Below are positions 9,723 through 20,212 of a DNA stretch of 59,907 bases, one piece after another; position 1 is the first letter of the stretch; each line of letters begins with the position of its first letter. Source of the DNA: a virus (taxonomy: Duplodnaviria; Caudoviricetes); IMG/VR virus record IMGVR_UViG_3300003086_000042, positions 1-59,907 of that record. The stretch is one strand, 5' to 3'. The notes beneath the pieces were generated by a model. It saw only the letters and a program-made list of their open reading frames with translations. It made no database searches and was not told the origin of the DNA. The position numbers and the translations under genes are program-made.

Positions 9723-12014
9723 TTATATGCTACATGCTCCTGATTCGCATCCGTTAATAAGTGTTTCACTAATATTCTCTTTATCTTTTGTTCTTATATA
9801 GTATAGACTTTTTAACCCATACTTATAAGCTGTAATAATATCTCTTTTTACTCTATTACTATCTAAAACTTTATTGGGTAATTTAGTTAAATCATACCAT
9901 TGGTTTGTACTCATACCTTGGTCAATAAACTTCTGTAAAATAGCCACTAATTTTATATACTCTGCTGAGTTATTACCCGGTAAGTCCCAGGCTTTCATAT
10001 AGTAGGGCTCTTTCTCAAAATCTGGTACAAGACTTTTAACTGTAAAGTTAGACGCCTCAAATGTATCTGTTGTACTTTGAATCGGGTCAATACCTTGGGT
10101 ACTATTGGATACTAATGAACTGCTGGCAGTTGGAGGAATAGCGCTCAAAGTAGTATTACGAATACCAAATTTTGCTGCTCTATCACTCAAAGTACCCCAG
10201 TCACACAATAAATCATTTGGTGTAATTAAGTCTACATTAGTATTATATGTATGAATTGGCATTATTCCTTTAGAATAGCCACTATTATCAGAGTATTCAC
10301 AAGCACCCTTTTCCTCTGCCAAATCTACACTTGATTTAATTAACCCATACTGGAAACGTTCCGCCCACTCATGTGTTAATCTTTTAGCTTTATTAGTCCC
10401 TAAAACTGCTTCATTCTTAGCCAAGAAGTGAGCAAAGTCACTAATACCAATACCTAAGAATCTATATCCTTTTGTAGGGTATTCAGTTGCATCCATAGGG
10501 TAGTCTTGTACATCAATTAAGTTATCTAAGAATCTTACCATAGTATCAGTAAGTATATCTAACTCATCAATTGAATCTAACTTACCAAAGTTTATACACC
10601 CTAATATACACAATGAAATCATACCATCATCTAAATTATAGTCTTTGATTGCTTTACCCGGAGTTTTCTTTAGTCCGTCAAACTTTACATCTTTAGTAGG
10701 TAAGAATATCTCACTACATAAATTAGTTTGAGTAATTTGTTCTTTGAACATTCCTTGTTGGTTAACATTGTCAATAAAGTGTATATAGATACGACCAGTA
10801 CCTACCCTTTCTTTCACTAACTTATTAAAGATTTCAACTGCTGTCATAGACTTCTTACGTAGACAAGTTTGTTCTTCATAGTTTTCGTAAGCTTTCTTAA
10901 ATGCTACAGGATCTCCATAGTGTTCAAATAAGTCAGGAACTTCCTCAGAACTGAATAAAGTCCAATTCCCCTTACTAAGAACTCGTTCTATGAAAAGATT
11001 TGGTAAACCAATTGAATAATCGATAAACCTAGCGCGATTAGTGTTACTACCTTGATTATTTTTGTACTCAAGTACATCCATTATCTCCCAGTTAAATATA
11101 GGATAGTTTACTACTGTGGCTCCAGTTCTTAAACTATTCTGCGTAAATTGTTTACTAGCAGATTCTATGGCCTTTAATAAGGGTAGGGCACCAGTATGTT
11201 TTACAGTGTTATTTTTTACAGGAGCCATAATACCACGTATAGGCCCCATATCTACGCCAATACCTGCTCTATTAGCAGTCATTAATGATAGGGCGTATTC
11301 AGATGCTAAAATAGACTCTGAAGTATCCCCCATCTTTAATAAACAGCAAGAACTGAACATTTTTAATCGTGTACGAACTCCACTAATAATAGGAGTAGGT
11401 AAAGATATCTTGTCGTCTTTAAGAGCAGTATACATTCTTATGACTAATTCAATACAATTATCTTCTAAAGCAAAAATAGTCATTGCAATAAGCATAAATG
11501 TTTCTTGAATCATTTCTAATCTTCTATCAGTTTTAGTATCTTTGATTAGATACTTACTATCTAACTGAACGATAGAAGAATAGGGTCTGGAGAAATCATT
11601 ATTATAATCCATAACAGATTCTAACATATCAATTTCTTCCTCTGAATATAGTTCTAAAATAGTTGGGTCATATAGACCACTAGTGATATTTAATTTAATA
11701 TATTCTAAAAAGCCTATAGGTTGAAAACTACCGTACACTTCTTTTCTCATCTCCGTCACTAATAGTCTACCTGCAAAGATAGAATAATCAGGAGTTTGTG
11801 GACTAATTTTTTCAGCTGCAGATTTAATTAAAGTTTGCTGGATGTCAGAGGTACTCATACCATCCGCAAATTTAATGTGAGCGCTAATAGCTGTATCACT
11901 TACTGAAACATCTAACTCTCTACCTAAGTCCTCTTTCTTACAGTTCTCTAGCATTGCGTGAATATTATCGATATTTAATGGATTCTTATCCCCGTTTCTC
12001 TTAGTTACTTCCAT
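9723..12014 (-). CDS. nrdA: Ribonucleotide reductase class Ia alpha subunit
   Basis: ATP cone VTKRNG, SSCC, TNLCSEI, KSLYY, C-terminal CESGAC. Confidence 0.97.
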   Translation of the reverse strand: MEVTKRNGDKNPLNIDNIHAMLENCKKEDLGRELDVSVSDTAISAHIKFADGMSTSDIQQTLIKSAAEKISPQTPDYSIFAGRLLVTEMRKEVYGSFQPIGFLEYIKLNITSGLYDPTILELYSEEEIDMLESVMDYNNDFSRPYSSIVQLDSKYLIKDTKTDRRLEMIQETFMLIAMTIFALEDNCIELVIRMYTALKDDKISLPTPIISGVRTRLKMFSSCCLLKMGDTSESILASEYALSLMTANRAGIGVDMGPIRGIMAPVKNNTVKHTGALPLLKAIESASKQFTQNSLRTGATVVNYPIFNWEIMDVLEYKNNQGSNTNRARFIDYSIGLPNLFIERVLSKGNWTLFSSEEVPDLFEHYGDPVAFKKAYENYEEQTCLRKKSMTAVEIFNKLVKERVGTGRIYIHFIDNVNQQGMFKEQITQTNLCSEIFLPTKDVKFDGLKKTPGKAIKDYNLDDGMISLCILGCINFGKLDSIDELDILTDTMVRFLDNLIDVQDYPMDATEYPTKGYRFLGIGISDFAHFLAKNEAVLGTNKAKRLTHEWAERFQYGLIKSSVDLAEEKGACEYSDNSGYSKGIMPIHTYNTNVDLITPNDLLCDWGTLSDRAAKFGIRNTTLSAIPPTASSSLVSNSTQGIDPIQSTTDTFEASNFTVKSLVPDFEKEPYYMKAWDLPGNNSAEYIKLVAILQKFIDQGMSTNQWYDLTKLPNKVLDSNRVKRDIITAYKYGLKSLYYIRTKDKENISETLINGCESGACSI

Positions 12015-12055
12015 ATGTATCCTTATATGTAATATTTATTGTATAAACTTCTTGG

Positions 12056-12889
12056 TCAATCGGCGCATACCGAATATACTTGCTCTCTAATCTCTGTGCA
12101 GTTGTCTACACCAATAGCATCAGAAGAATAAGTCTCTAAATCCATAAGTTCATAGTTCTTATAAATATTAGCCGCACCAAATTCATTCAATGCTTGAATA
12201 TATTTATACTTACCACTAATAGGTAAGCTTGCTGCTATATCAAAAGCAGAACCATACTGTTCAATCAGTCCTACTGCTCTTTTTGGCCCTATACCAGGGA
12301 CTCCAGGTACATTATCACCAGAGTCACCACAAAGGCACTTGAAACTAATATACTCTCCCCTATCAACTTCATAATGTTCACTCCAATTATCTTTTGTTAC
12401 CTCTTTTCTAGTAATATAGCTAAATCTACTTGTTTTGTCATCAATTAATAAATCCCAATCCCTATCAGTAGATATTAGCCAAATATTTTTATCCAGTATC
12501 TCAACTAAGTATGCAGCCAAGTCATCGGCCTCTACTCCTTCGTACTGTAATACTATAAAGTGCTCTTTTAGTAATTCTAAGGTATCATTGTAATCTTCCA
12601 TAAAGTTAGCAAACTCTGCTGCTTCCTTTTCTGTCTGTTTAGCATATTTCGCCTTTCTATTACCTTTATACTCGGGAAGAATTCCTAGTCTATATCTAGA
12701 GCCTCCTCTTCCATCAGCTGTAATTATAACTTTATCAGCATTATAAGATGCTGCTAAAGATTGGACTGTACCTAAGTATGAGTCCTTAAAATGTCTCGTC
12801 TTAGCATGTTTATATCTAAAAGCTAAGTTTAAAGCATCGACAATCATTATGTTGTCTGTACTTTCTATCTCTTCTGAAAATGATTTCAC
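12056..12889 (-). CDS. Flap endonuclease / 5'-3' exonuclease (T5 D15-like)
   Basis: IVDALNLAFR, YKGNR, EADD, GDSGDNVPGVPGIGPK. Confidence 0.92.
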   Translation of the reverse strand: MKSFSEEIESTDNIMIVDALNLAFRYKHAKTRHFKDSYLGTVQSLAASYNADKVIITADGRGGSRYRLGILPEYKGNRKAKYAKQTEKEAAEFANFMEDYNDTLELLKEHFIVLQYEGVEADDLAAYLVEILDKNIWLISTDRDWDLLIDDKTSRFSYITRKEVTKDNWSEHYEVDRGEYISFKCLCGDSGDNVPGVPGIGPKRAVGLIEQYGSAFDIAASLPISGKYKYIQALNEFGAANIYKNYELMDLETYSSDAIGVDNCTEIREQVYSVCAD

Positions 12890-13329
12890 CTAAAATCCTC
12901 CGTTTTCTTTGTTTTTAACCAATTATCGAATAAATATATAAACAAACATATTTCTTCTGTCGGTTGAAAAATTAACTCTGGGGTTATCATCTCTCCGTTT
13001 TCTGTCGCAATCAGCCATTTTCCTCTGTTCTTCTTGAATACAAGAATAGGTTCGGCTTTCATCTCTTCTGCCTCGCGCGTTGCTTGTGCCCAAAACTTTT
13101 CGAATTGTGAGGTTGAATCATTTAATAAATTCGAATGAATTTGATCTTCGGCATATGATTTTACCTCAATACAATACCTGTTGCGTTCGTTGGAGAGGTA
13201 TACGTCCCCTTTAATATGTCCTGCTCCAGATAATGGAACTCGCTCCCAATTATCTAAACCAGTATGTTTTCGTAGTCTATCGCGGACTTTATACTCCGCG
13301 GTACGCCCTTTGGCCCTACTATCAATCAT
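12886..13329 (-). CDS. T5 D14-like PD-(D/E)XK nuclease / resolvase
   Basis: DSRAKG..AE, RVPLSGA, KGD, IEVK; syntenic with D13 and D15. Confidence 0.85.
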   Translation of the reverse strand: MIDSRAKGRTAEYKVRDRLRKHTGLDNWERVPLSGAGHIKGDVYLSNERNRYCIEVKSYAEDQIHSNLLNDSTSQFEKFWAQATREAEEMKAEPILVFKKNRGKWLIATENGEMITPELIFQPTEEICLFIYLFDNWLKTKKTEDFR

Positions 13330-13330
13330 A

Positions 13331-13783
13331 TTACTCTTTCATATTATGACCACATTCGGGGCATACTCCGTCATCTGGCATTTCACCTGACCAGCTACAC
13401 TCAGAACAATCTACCTCAGCATCTTCAAGTATAGCCAGCTGTTCAGCTTCTATTTCTTCGTGACTTTTAAAAGTTCCATCAAGAATTGCTCCCATTACTT
13501 TCTTCACTTCTTCTAAAGGAGCTGCTCCCACACCAACGAACACACGCTCTGTATCTTTGAATACCATAACACTTGGGTAAGCATTGGTTTCTAAAAAGGG
13601 TTTTTCAATGTTCTTTGTGTCAAAAGACGCCCAACTCATACTTGGAGTACTCTCTACTATTGTTTCTAATTCTGGTACAAAGTGTTCACATACTGCACAT
13701 GTCTTTGAATGCACAACTACTACTGCGAATTTATTACTTTCTACCCAATTTTTTACTTCTTCTACCGTTTCTAATATTTTCAT
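13331..13783 (-). CDS. Thioredoxin with C-terminal zinc-ribbon
   Basis: CAVC active site, cis-Pro YP; CSEC...CPECG tail. Confidence 0.75.
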   Translation of the reverse strand: MKILETVEEVKNWVESNKFAVVVVHSKTCAVCEHFVPELETIVESTPSMSWASFDTKNIEKPFLETNAYPSVMVFKDTERVFVGVGAAPLEEVKKVMGAILDGTFKSHEEIEAEQLAILEDAEVDCSECSWSGEMPDDGVCPECGHNMKE

Positions 13784-15585
13784 TATCCTTCCTCTAATCT
13801 TGAAATTTTCTTTTCTTTAATAACTAATACCTTATTTAATAATGGGTGACTCCATTGATGAGACACCAAAAATGTATTAAGATCCATTTCTTCTAATAGT
13901 ATTTCTACTAACTTCTCTTTTCCAAAGTCATCTAGTACATTGATAACTTCATCCAAGAACAATACGTTTATTCTAGTTTTTGATAGTGTTGCCATAAGAG
14001 ACCTAATTGCTAATAACATAGCAGTATTTACTCTTGCGAATTCCCCAGAAGATAACGCTAATATATTGATTGGTACGCCATCATCAATAATAATCACATT
14101 TAATTTATCATTAGCAATATCGAAAGATAATTCAAATCTACCGTCTGATAACTCTCCAAGATAAGTATTAGTTAAAGACTCTAAATCCTTGACTAAGTTC
14201 TCAATCTTATAAGCAACAAGACCATTTGTACTAAATGCTTTCTTTAATACCTCAAGAATAGCATAATCGTCTTGTATATTTTTCAACTTTCTTTGTTTTT
14301 TCTCTAAATCTTCTATAAACTCACTAAGTTGAGAGGCTACGTAGTCTACTTCTGTATTATGCTTTGTTGCTTTAATATTATAAGCTTCAATAGCCTTTGC
14401 TGACTTTAATTGACCTCGTATAGCTTCTTCTAAGTGTTTTATTTCATCTTTTAGCTCTCCCTTGTCATTAACTTCTTCGGGTATAGAAATATCTATTAGA
14501 TTATTATATTTCTCAAATTTTGTAATAACAGTTTTATGTTCTTGGTATATAGTATTAACGTGTTTCTGTACTGCTATGTCTTGCTCCAATAAAGAAATAC
14601 TTTGCTCTGCTTTTTTAATTACCCCCAATTTTTCATCAATTATTGAAGTTTTAACTTCTTCATTAATGTTTTGCAGACAAGTAGGACAAGAATGTCCTAA
14701 TTTCTGCAACTTGGCTTCAACTGCTTTTGCTGCTTGAATTCTACCTGTTAATGAACCAACTTCAGAAACTTTCTCATCATAGTTACTTGGCTCATCTGGA
14801 CTTTTAGTTAATTCATTAAAATCAATATTATCTCTTATTGCTTTATATTGGTTATTTTGTACTACTTTTCTATTTAAAGAGTCTATGTCTTTTAAAGTAT
14901 TTTTATTGACTGCTAGAGACTCTTGTATATCTTGGTCTACTAAAATAAGTTCTTTCAAATCTATTTTAGTAGTATCAAACTCTCTGTGCTTATCTGTCCA
15001 AGAAGATATAGTAGATATACTACCTTTTAAGTCACTAACTTCTTCTGCTACTGCTTTGTGAGCATCTTTAAATATATTAAACATTTCTATATACTTTTCT
15101 AGATTAAGTAGTTCAATTAAGAACTTCTTTCTAGTAGTATCGGTAGCCGTCAAGAATTGAAGGCTTGATGTGGTACTTTGATAGATTAACTGACTAAACG
15201 TTTTAAAATCTAATCCTAATATAGACTCAATCTGCTTATATGTATTAGTTGCTGTGTGAGAAGATATATCTTCCTCTCCATGAGTTAACTTTACTTTTAA
15301 CCCTTTTGCTCTTGAAGATTCAATACGATATTCTTCTCCATTTACTTCGAAGTTTAAAGAAATAGAATATGTATCTGTATCTAAGTTTCTATTAACAATG
15401 TCAGCTTTTTTAATGCCTTTTGAATTTTTATTGAATAAAACTTCTTCAAGTATAATTGGAATACTGCTTTTACCAGTTCCATTTGTTCCAACTAATTGTG
15501 TCAAATTAGTTTCACTTAAATCAATACTGTTACCTTCTCCGTAGCTAAAGCAGTTATTCCATTTCAGTTGCTGCAATATAATCAT
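13783..15585 (-). CDS. SbcC/Rad50-like ATPase (T5 D13-like)
   Basis: GTNGTGKS, CPTC hook, LSSGE, LFLDE. Confidence 0.93.
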   Translation of the reverse strand: MIILQQLKWNNCFSYGEGNSIDLSETNLTQLVGTNGTGKSSIPIILEEVLFNKNSKGIKKADIVNRNLDTDTYSISLNFEVNGEEYRIESSRAKGLKVKLTHGEEDISSHTATNTYKQIESILGLDFKTFSQLIYQSTTSSLQFLTATDTTRKKFLIELLNLEKYIEMFNIFKDAHKAVAEEVSDLKGSISTISSWTDKHREFDTTKIDLKELILVDQDIQESLAVNKNTLKDIDSLNRKVVQNNQYKAIRDNIDFNELTKSPDEPSNYDEKVSEVGSLTGRIQAAKAVEAKLQKLGHSCPTCLQNINEEVKTSIIDEKLGVIKKAEQSISLLEQDIAVQKHVNTIYQEHKTVITKFEKYNNLIDISIPEEVNDKGELKDEIKHLEEAIRGQLKSAKAIEAYNIKATKHNTEVDYVASQLSEFIEDLEKKQRKLKNIQDDYAILEVLKKAFSTNGLVAYKIENLVKDLESLTNTYLGELSDGRFELSFDIANDKLNVIIIDDGVPINILALSSGEFARVNTAMLLAIRSLMATLSKTRINVLFLDEVINVLDDFGKEKLVEILLEEMDLNTFLVSHQWSHPLLNKVLVIKEKKISRLEEG

Positions 15586-16507
15586 GAAACACTCCTAAAA
15601 TATTCTTTACTTTCTTGTTATTTAACTCTAACACCTTAGTTAGATACTCTGATAATTCTTCTTCAACCGATACACAATGCATTAAGTCTAATGCTGATTC
15701 TGTATTTCTTTTAACTACTTTTTTATCTAATAGCTCTGAATCACCATCAACTTTAGATAGTTCAGTTACATCACCTTCTAATTCATATATTGTATGATGA
15801 AACCCAGTTTTAATCATTTGGTCTGGGTGTGATACTGTTTGTCTAAGTAATTGAGGCATCCTAATAGATAGCCAACTCCATTCTAGTGTTTTATTATCAA
15901 ATAATATTATCCCAGTATCAACTGGGTTTCTATGAAAAGAAGTAGTAACTGGGCTACCTGGATATACAATGTTTAGTTGAGAATTTTCATGGGAGTGTAA
16001 ATCACCTGCTAAAACGATTTTCCATCTGTCAAACTTACTCAAGTCGATCTCGGGATGAACGTGTGGCGGTATTTGTCCTCTTACATGGGTCATTAGTACA
16101 TTGCCCGTAAAATCTTCAGGTTTAAACGTCTTTAGCTTATTGTAAGGAATAATATCTATATTCTCTAACTTATAGTAGTCATCAATAATCTCTACTAAAG
16201 GGTTAAGGTGTGAAGTTACCTCTTTTAAATTTGTTAAGAAGGTAGTAGTTTTCTTTAATGCTTCATGATTTCCAGGGTATATAAGTGTTCTTATATTTAC
16301 ACCTTTTACAAAATCAAAATATAACTCTAACTCTTCTAAATTAGGTACTCTATCGAATAAGTCTCCTCCGATAACATGAATATCTACTTGTTTTTCTAAC
16401 TTATATAGTTCTTTAAATAATATATTATATCTATTTAAAGCCCAATCTTTAGGTACGTTTTTCTGTCCTAGCTTTAAGTGCCAGTCTGCTGTAAACATTA
16501 TCTTCAA
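15554..16507 (-). CDS. SbcD/Mre11-like nuclease (T5 D12-like)
   Basis: ADWH, GGDLFD, GNHE, GDLH, YPGSP; TTG start after AGGAG. Confidence 0.93.
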   Translation of the reverse strand: MKIMFTADWHLKLGQKNVPKDWALNRYNILFKELYKLEKQVDIHVIGGDLFDRVPNLEELELYFDFVKGVNIRTLIYPGNHEALKKTTTFLTNLKEVTSHLNPLVEIIDDYYKLENIDIIPYNKLKTFKPEDFTGNVLMTHVRGQIPPHVHPEIDLSKFDRWKIVLAGDLHSHENSQLNIVYPGSPVTTSFHRNPVDTGIILFDNKTLEWSWLSIRMPQLLRQTVSHPDQMIKTGFHHTIYELEGDVTELSKVDGDSELLDKKVVKRNTESALDLMHCVSVEEELSEYLTKVLELNNKKVKNILGVFHDYIAATEME

Positions 16508-16525
16508 GATTCTTTCTCCTGATAA

Positions 16526-16560
16526 AAAAGGCCCATTGAACTGACTGCTCAATAGGCCTT
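16526..16560 (-). terminator. Intrinsic terminator-like hairpin
   Basis: AGGCC...GGCCT stem with T-tract on minus strand after D11. Confidence 0.55.
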
Positions 16561-16576
16561 AGTAGGTTATCCTAGA

Positions 16577-17230
16577 CTAGATTAACTCTGCTTCTACTTC
16601 GGCTGGAGCCTTTTCTGTGGCTGCCATACCTAAGATTCTAGTTTCAATAAAAGATCTCTGGTCATCCGATGATGGACGTTTCAGAATATTATCAATTGAA
16701 TCAGCATCCTCAACAGTCTGCTTTTCGTCGTCTGTTAACGCTCTATTTTCTAATGCGCGTACTCTTAGTTTGTACTCTACATTATATGGTAAAGGGCCAG
16801 TCTTTTCTTTAGTAAACTTGATATCCCAACCACCTTCGCTGTCAGTAGGATCACCTAATCCTTCTTTTGCTTCGAATTTAATTGAATCAAATAGTTTACG
16901 TTTAAGATTAACTACTTTAGCTTGGCCATCTTTTAAATCAATGCCCCACATTACGTATGCCCATGATGGCTTCATACGTTCGCCTTTGTCGTCTTTAAGT
17001 AGCTTCTCTACCCAGTCTACCTCTTTGTTGTCGAATGTCTCTGTATCTCTATTATATGCGAGACACTCCATTGGAATGCGCTTACCATCGGAAGGATTAC
17101 TAACCCAGTATACATAACGAGCTAAGATTCCACCGAATAATCTTACTTCGTTTTCTCCCTCATTGTATGCGTAAGTTGTAAATGAATTCTTCTTAGCTGC
17201 GCCTTGTGTTTCTCCAAAATTTAATGCCAT
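16577..17230 (-). CDS. T5 D11-like putative ssDNA-binding protein
   Basis: RYVYW, GDPTD...GWDI.F.K.KTGPLPYNVEY; synteny. Confidence 0.85.
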   Translation of the reverse strand: MALNFGETQGAAKKNSFTTYAYNEGENEVRLFGGILARYVYWVSNPSDGKRIPMECLAYNRDTETFDNKEVDWVEKLLKDDKGERMKPSWAYVMWGIDLKDGQAKVVNLKRKLFDSIKFEAKEGLGDPTDSEGGWDIKFTKEKTGPLPYNVEYKLRVRALENRALTDDEKQTVEDADSIDNILKRPSSDDQRSFIETRILGMAATEKAPAEVEAELI

Positions 17231-17595
17231 GTTATTTCCTCGTATGTGAATGTTATTAAGTTGTTATTTATTGTTATTAAGCGATTACTCTTTAATTCTT
17301 CTTTAGAATATGGAGCAAACTCTAGCGGTAACGTTATAGTAGTGAAAAATGAAAAGTCTAAGTAATTCCTAAGACTGGCTAACTCTAAGTATTGAACAAT
17401 CTGATCTAGGGGTACTCTCCGTCTATTTAGTATTAAAGGTTCTGGGTTAATTAAAAAACTATCCCCAGATAGTTCGTAGTATAACGGTGAGATCTTATAC
17501 AGATGCCGGTTTGTAAGTATGTCCAACATTTTAAGCATAGTCTTTTTAGAACCATTACTTAAGGTAACCATACTCTCCCAGCTGAATCTAATCAT
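17221..17595 (-). CDS. Conserved hypothetical protein between D10 and D11
   Basis: Follows promoter; YLELASLRNY motif; T5-like synteny. Confidence 0.6.
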   Translation of the reverse strand: MIRFSWESMVTLSNGSKKTMLKMLDILTNRHLYKISPLYYELSGDSFLINPEPLILNRRRVPLDQIVQYLELASLRNYLDFSFFTTITLPLEFAPYSKEELKSNRLITINNNLITFTYEEITWH

Positions 17596-17619
17596 TTAAA
17601 TTTCCATTTTTCAAGATAT

Positions 17620-17648
17620 ATTATACCAATTTTTAAGCAATTTGTCAA
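17620..17648 (-). promoter_or_regulatory. sigma70 promoter
   Basis: TTGACA-17-TATAAT. Confidence 0.85.
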
Positions 17649-18934
17649 GAAATATTTTTCAGTCGGTATCCCTGACTTATGTAAGTCCCTAACCTAGATT
17701 CAGCTTGCCTAGCGGCAGTTTTACCTTTTAGCTGTATGTCTACTATTATTGGGTCCAGTTTATTATCACATACTCTAATCACTCGCCCCATTAACTGTAT
17801 TAATAAGGGTTCGTTATTAATTGGCGTTCCTAGTATAAGGCAGGATAACTCATTAAGAGAAATTCCTTCACTAAATATACTCTGAGTACCAAACAGTATC
17901 TCTTTCTCTCCACTTTTTATTTTGCTCATTTCTTCTTCTCTTTCTTCTTGACCTAGGTCTCCAGTAATACTAGTAGCGTTATCACCGCATAACTCACTGC
18001 AGGATTTAAGAAACGATACTCTATCACTAACTACTAAAACCCTATGTCCTTTGGCTGCGTATACGGAAGCAAGTTGCGATACCATATGCTGATACTCAGT
18101 ATCAAAGGCAATTTGATTAACTCTAAGTGCCCAAGGTATAGAAGCCGAATCTGGAAATCTAACATCACTATGTACCCTAACAATACTTGGTACCATAAAG
18201 TTTTCTTTCTTCGGCTGAAAAACTATATTTCCAAAATAATCTTTAAAAATAATATGCTTTCCATCTTTACGTTTTAATGTGCCTGATAACCCTATTTTAT
18301 ATCTAGCTTTCATCTTATCGATAATTTTACTAAATGTAGGGGAACTGATGTGATGACACTCATCAATCATTATAGTACCAAAAATTTCTTCAATTTCTGA
18401 TACTTTCTTGTTTAAGGTTTGAACATTACCAACTACTATAGGAGTACTAGTACCAAACTTGCCACTTCCTATAATATCAGGTTCAAACCCTAAAGTTTTC
18501 TTAATTTCTTTAGCCCATTGATTTCTTAGTGCCACAGTATGAGTAACTACTAAAGTCTTTTGTTTAAGGTTGGCTGCGATTGCTATTGCTGTAAAAGTTT
18601 TACCCCAACTAGTAAATGCGTTTATCATACAATTATCATCTACTTGTCTAAATATCTCTTTCTGCGACTCTCTGAGTTCTAATCTAAACTCTGGAAATTT
18701 TACAGCATTTTTTAATCTCTTGTCAATTATTTCATAGTCCTCGGGTATTAAGTCTAATCTACCAATTGGGATACTTGCTAAACTTGAGTTAACTCTAGCC
18801 ATTGTCTTTATTACTTCTGGTGGAATATCAAATCTATAAGCTGGTATAGTATAGGTTAATTTCTGATCTAACTCTGCTTGAAACTCCGTGTCGGCTGTAA
18901 GGTAAATTCTATTTGTTAGTATAGCTTTTTTCAT
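17645..18934 (-). CDS. SF2 helicase (T5 D10-like)
   Basis: WGKT, DECHH, SGT, QLMGRVIR. Confidence 0.92.
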   Translation of the reverse strand: MKKAILTNRIYLTADTEFQAELDQKLTYTIPAYRFDIPPEVIKTMARVNSSLASIPIGRLDLIPEDYEIIDKRLKNAVKFPEFRLELRESQKEIFRQVDDNCMINAFTSWGKTFTAIAIAANLKQKTLVVTHTVALRNQWAKEIKKTLGFEPDIIGSGKFGTSTPIVVGNVQTLNKKVSEIEEIFGTIMIDECHHISSPTFSKIIDKMKARYKIGLSGTLKRKDGKHIIFKDYFGNIVFQPKKENFMVPSIVRVHSDVRFPDSASIPWALRVNQIAFDTEYQHMVSQLASVYAAKGHRVLVVSDRVSFLKSCSELCGDNATSITGDLGQEEREEEMSKIKSGEKEILFGTQSIFSEGISLNELSCLILGTPINNEPLLIQLMGRVIRVCDNKLDPIIVDIQLKGKTAARQAESRLGTYISQGYRLKNIS

Positions 18935-18951
18935 AGATTTTTATCCTCTAA

Positions 18952-19923
18952 TTAATTCATATTAATGTCTTGTTCAAATTCTTTTAAACGTATAACAACT
19001 GATTTAAGTTCAGTTACTGTCATCCAATTTTCAGTAAAGAAGCTCATACTTTCATGTATCTTATCAAATGCATTACCAATTTGAATAAGTGTTCCTAGTG
19101 TAATTGCACCTGCAAAGAATTGAGGACTTGCTATTAAGTATGGAATTACCACTCCTGATTGAAAGTATAAGTTCTCCCATAATGAATAATACTTATAATT
19201 ATCGTATAGCTTATAGTAGTTTATCTTTAATGTATCAAACATAGTGAATAATGATTTATTAGTATAAACATCTTTCTCATCCTCACAATGTACTAATGCC
19301 TTTCTGAAGTGTGCTTCTACTACTTGATTAGCATATTCAAGTCTAGGTAACTTACGACCTACTATTGCTGAAACTGCTAGTCCTCCGATACTAATACCTA
19401 ATGCTATCCAAATCAAATAGCCAGGAATACCAAATCCTTCACTTAGAGTCCATAAGACAGGAAGGAAGAATACTAGAATCATAATGGCTTTAATGAACCC
19501 TTCTCCAAGTACCCACACGAACCATGCAAATTTTCTTGTATCTTCTTGTATACGTTGACTAGCACCTTCTGTATGACTATCCATTGCTTTCCATTTAGGA
19601 ATGTATAGCTTAGTCATAGCTTCACGCCATCTGAAACTAAATCTATTCCCAATAAATTGCGTATATGCGAATAAGAAGATTGCTAGTAGGGCTAATGGAA
19701 CGAACCCCCACGTGGTCACATCATAAGCTAACAGATCACCTCTGTTTATGAAGCTCTCTAAGAAAGCTTCTTGATTCTTATTCTCAAGAGAGTCATAAAA
19801 AACCTTATACCAATCATTAAACTGTCTTGTTAAATAGGCTTGAAAGCCCACTAGAAAGGCGAGGAAAGAAAGTGTCGCCCATGCGTAGACTTTATCAGCC
19901 CCTTTAAAAAAAGATTTAAACAT
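18952..19923 (-). CDS. SbmA/BacA-like peptide transporter
   Basis: N.WY..FYD, FRWREAM, EGASQRIQEDT, EAHFRKALV, multiple TM helices, no ATPase domain. Confidence 0.85.
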   Translation of the reverse strand: MFKSFFKGADKVYAWATLSFLAFLVGFQAYLTRQFNDWYKVFYDSLENKNQEAFLESFINRGDLLAYDVTTWGFVPLALLAIFLFAYTQFIGNRFSFRWREAMTKLYIPKWKAMDSHTEGASQRIQEDTRKFAWFVWVLGEGFIKAIMILVFFLPVLWTLSEGFGIPGYLIWIALGISIGGLAVSAIVGRKLPRLEYANQVVEAHFRKALVHCEDEKDVYTNKSLFTMFDTLKINYYKLYDNYKYYSLWENLYFQSGVVIPYLIASPQFFAGAITLGTLIQIGNAFDKIHESMSFFTENWMTVTELKSVVIRLKEFEQDINMN

Positions 19924-20212
19924 TTATATACTCCTCTGACCATCTATTATCTGGACATTTATATGATTCTTTATTTATAACTAAGTTTAAGTAAGCCATT
20001 GATCTAAAACATATAAATACCTTTGGTAACTCAGTCTTTATTCTATAAGGACATTGTATACATACCCTATACCTCTCTAGTGGATTAATCACTGTATAGT
20101 TCTATTAGTAATAATACTAAAAATATAGGAATAGATACTATACCTAGCATTACTACTCCAACTGCTAATAGGAAAAGTAAAACTATAGCACTTGACTCTG
20201 AGAATACTTTTT

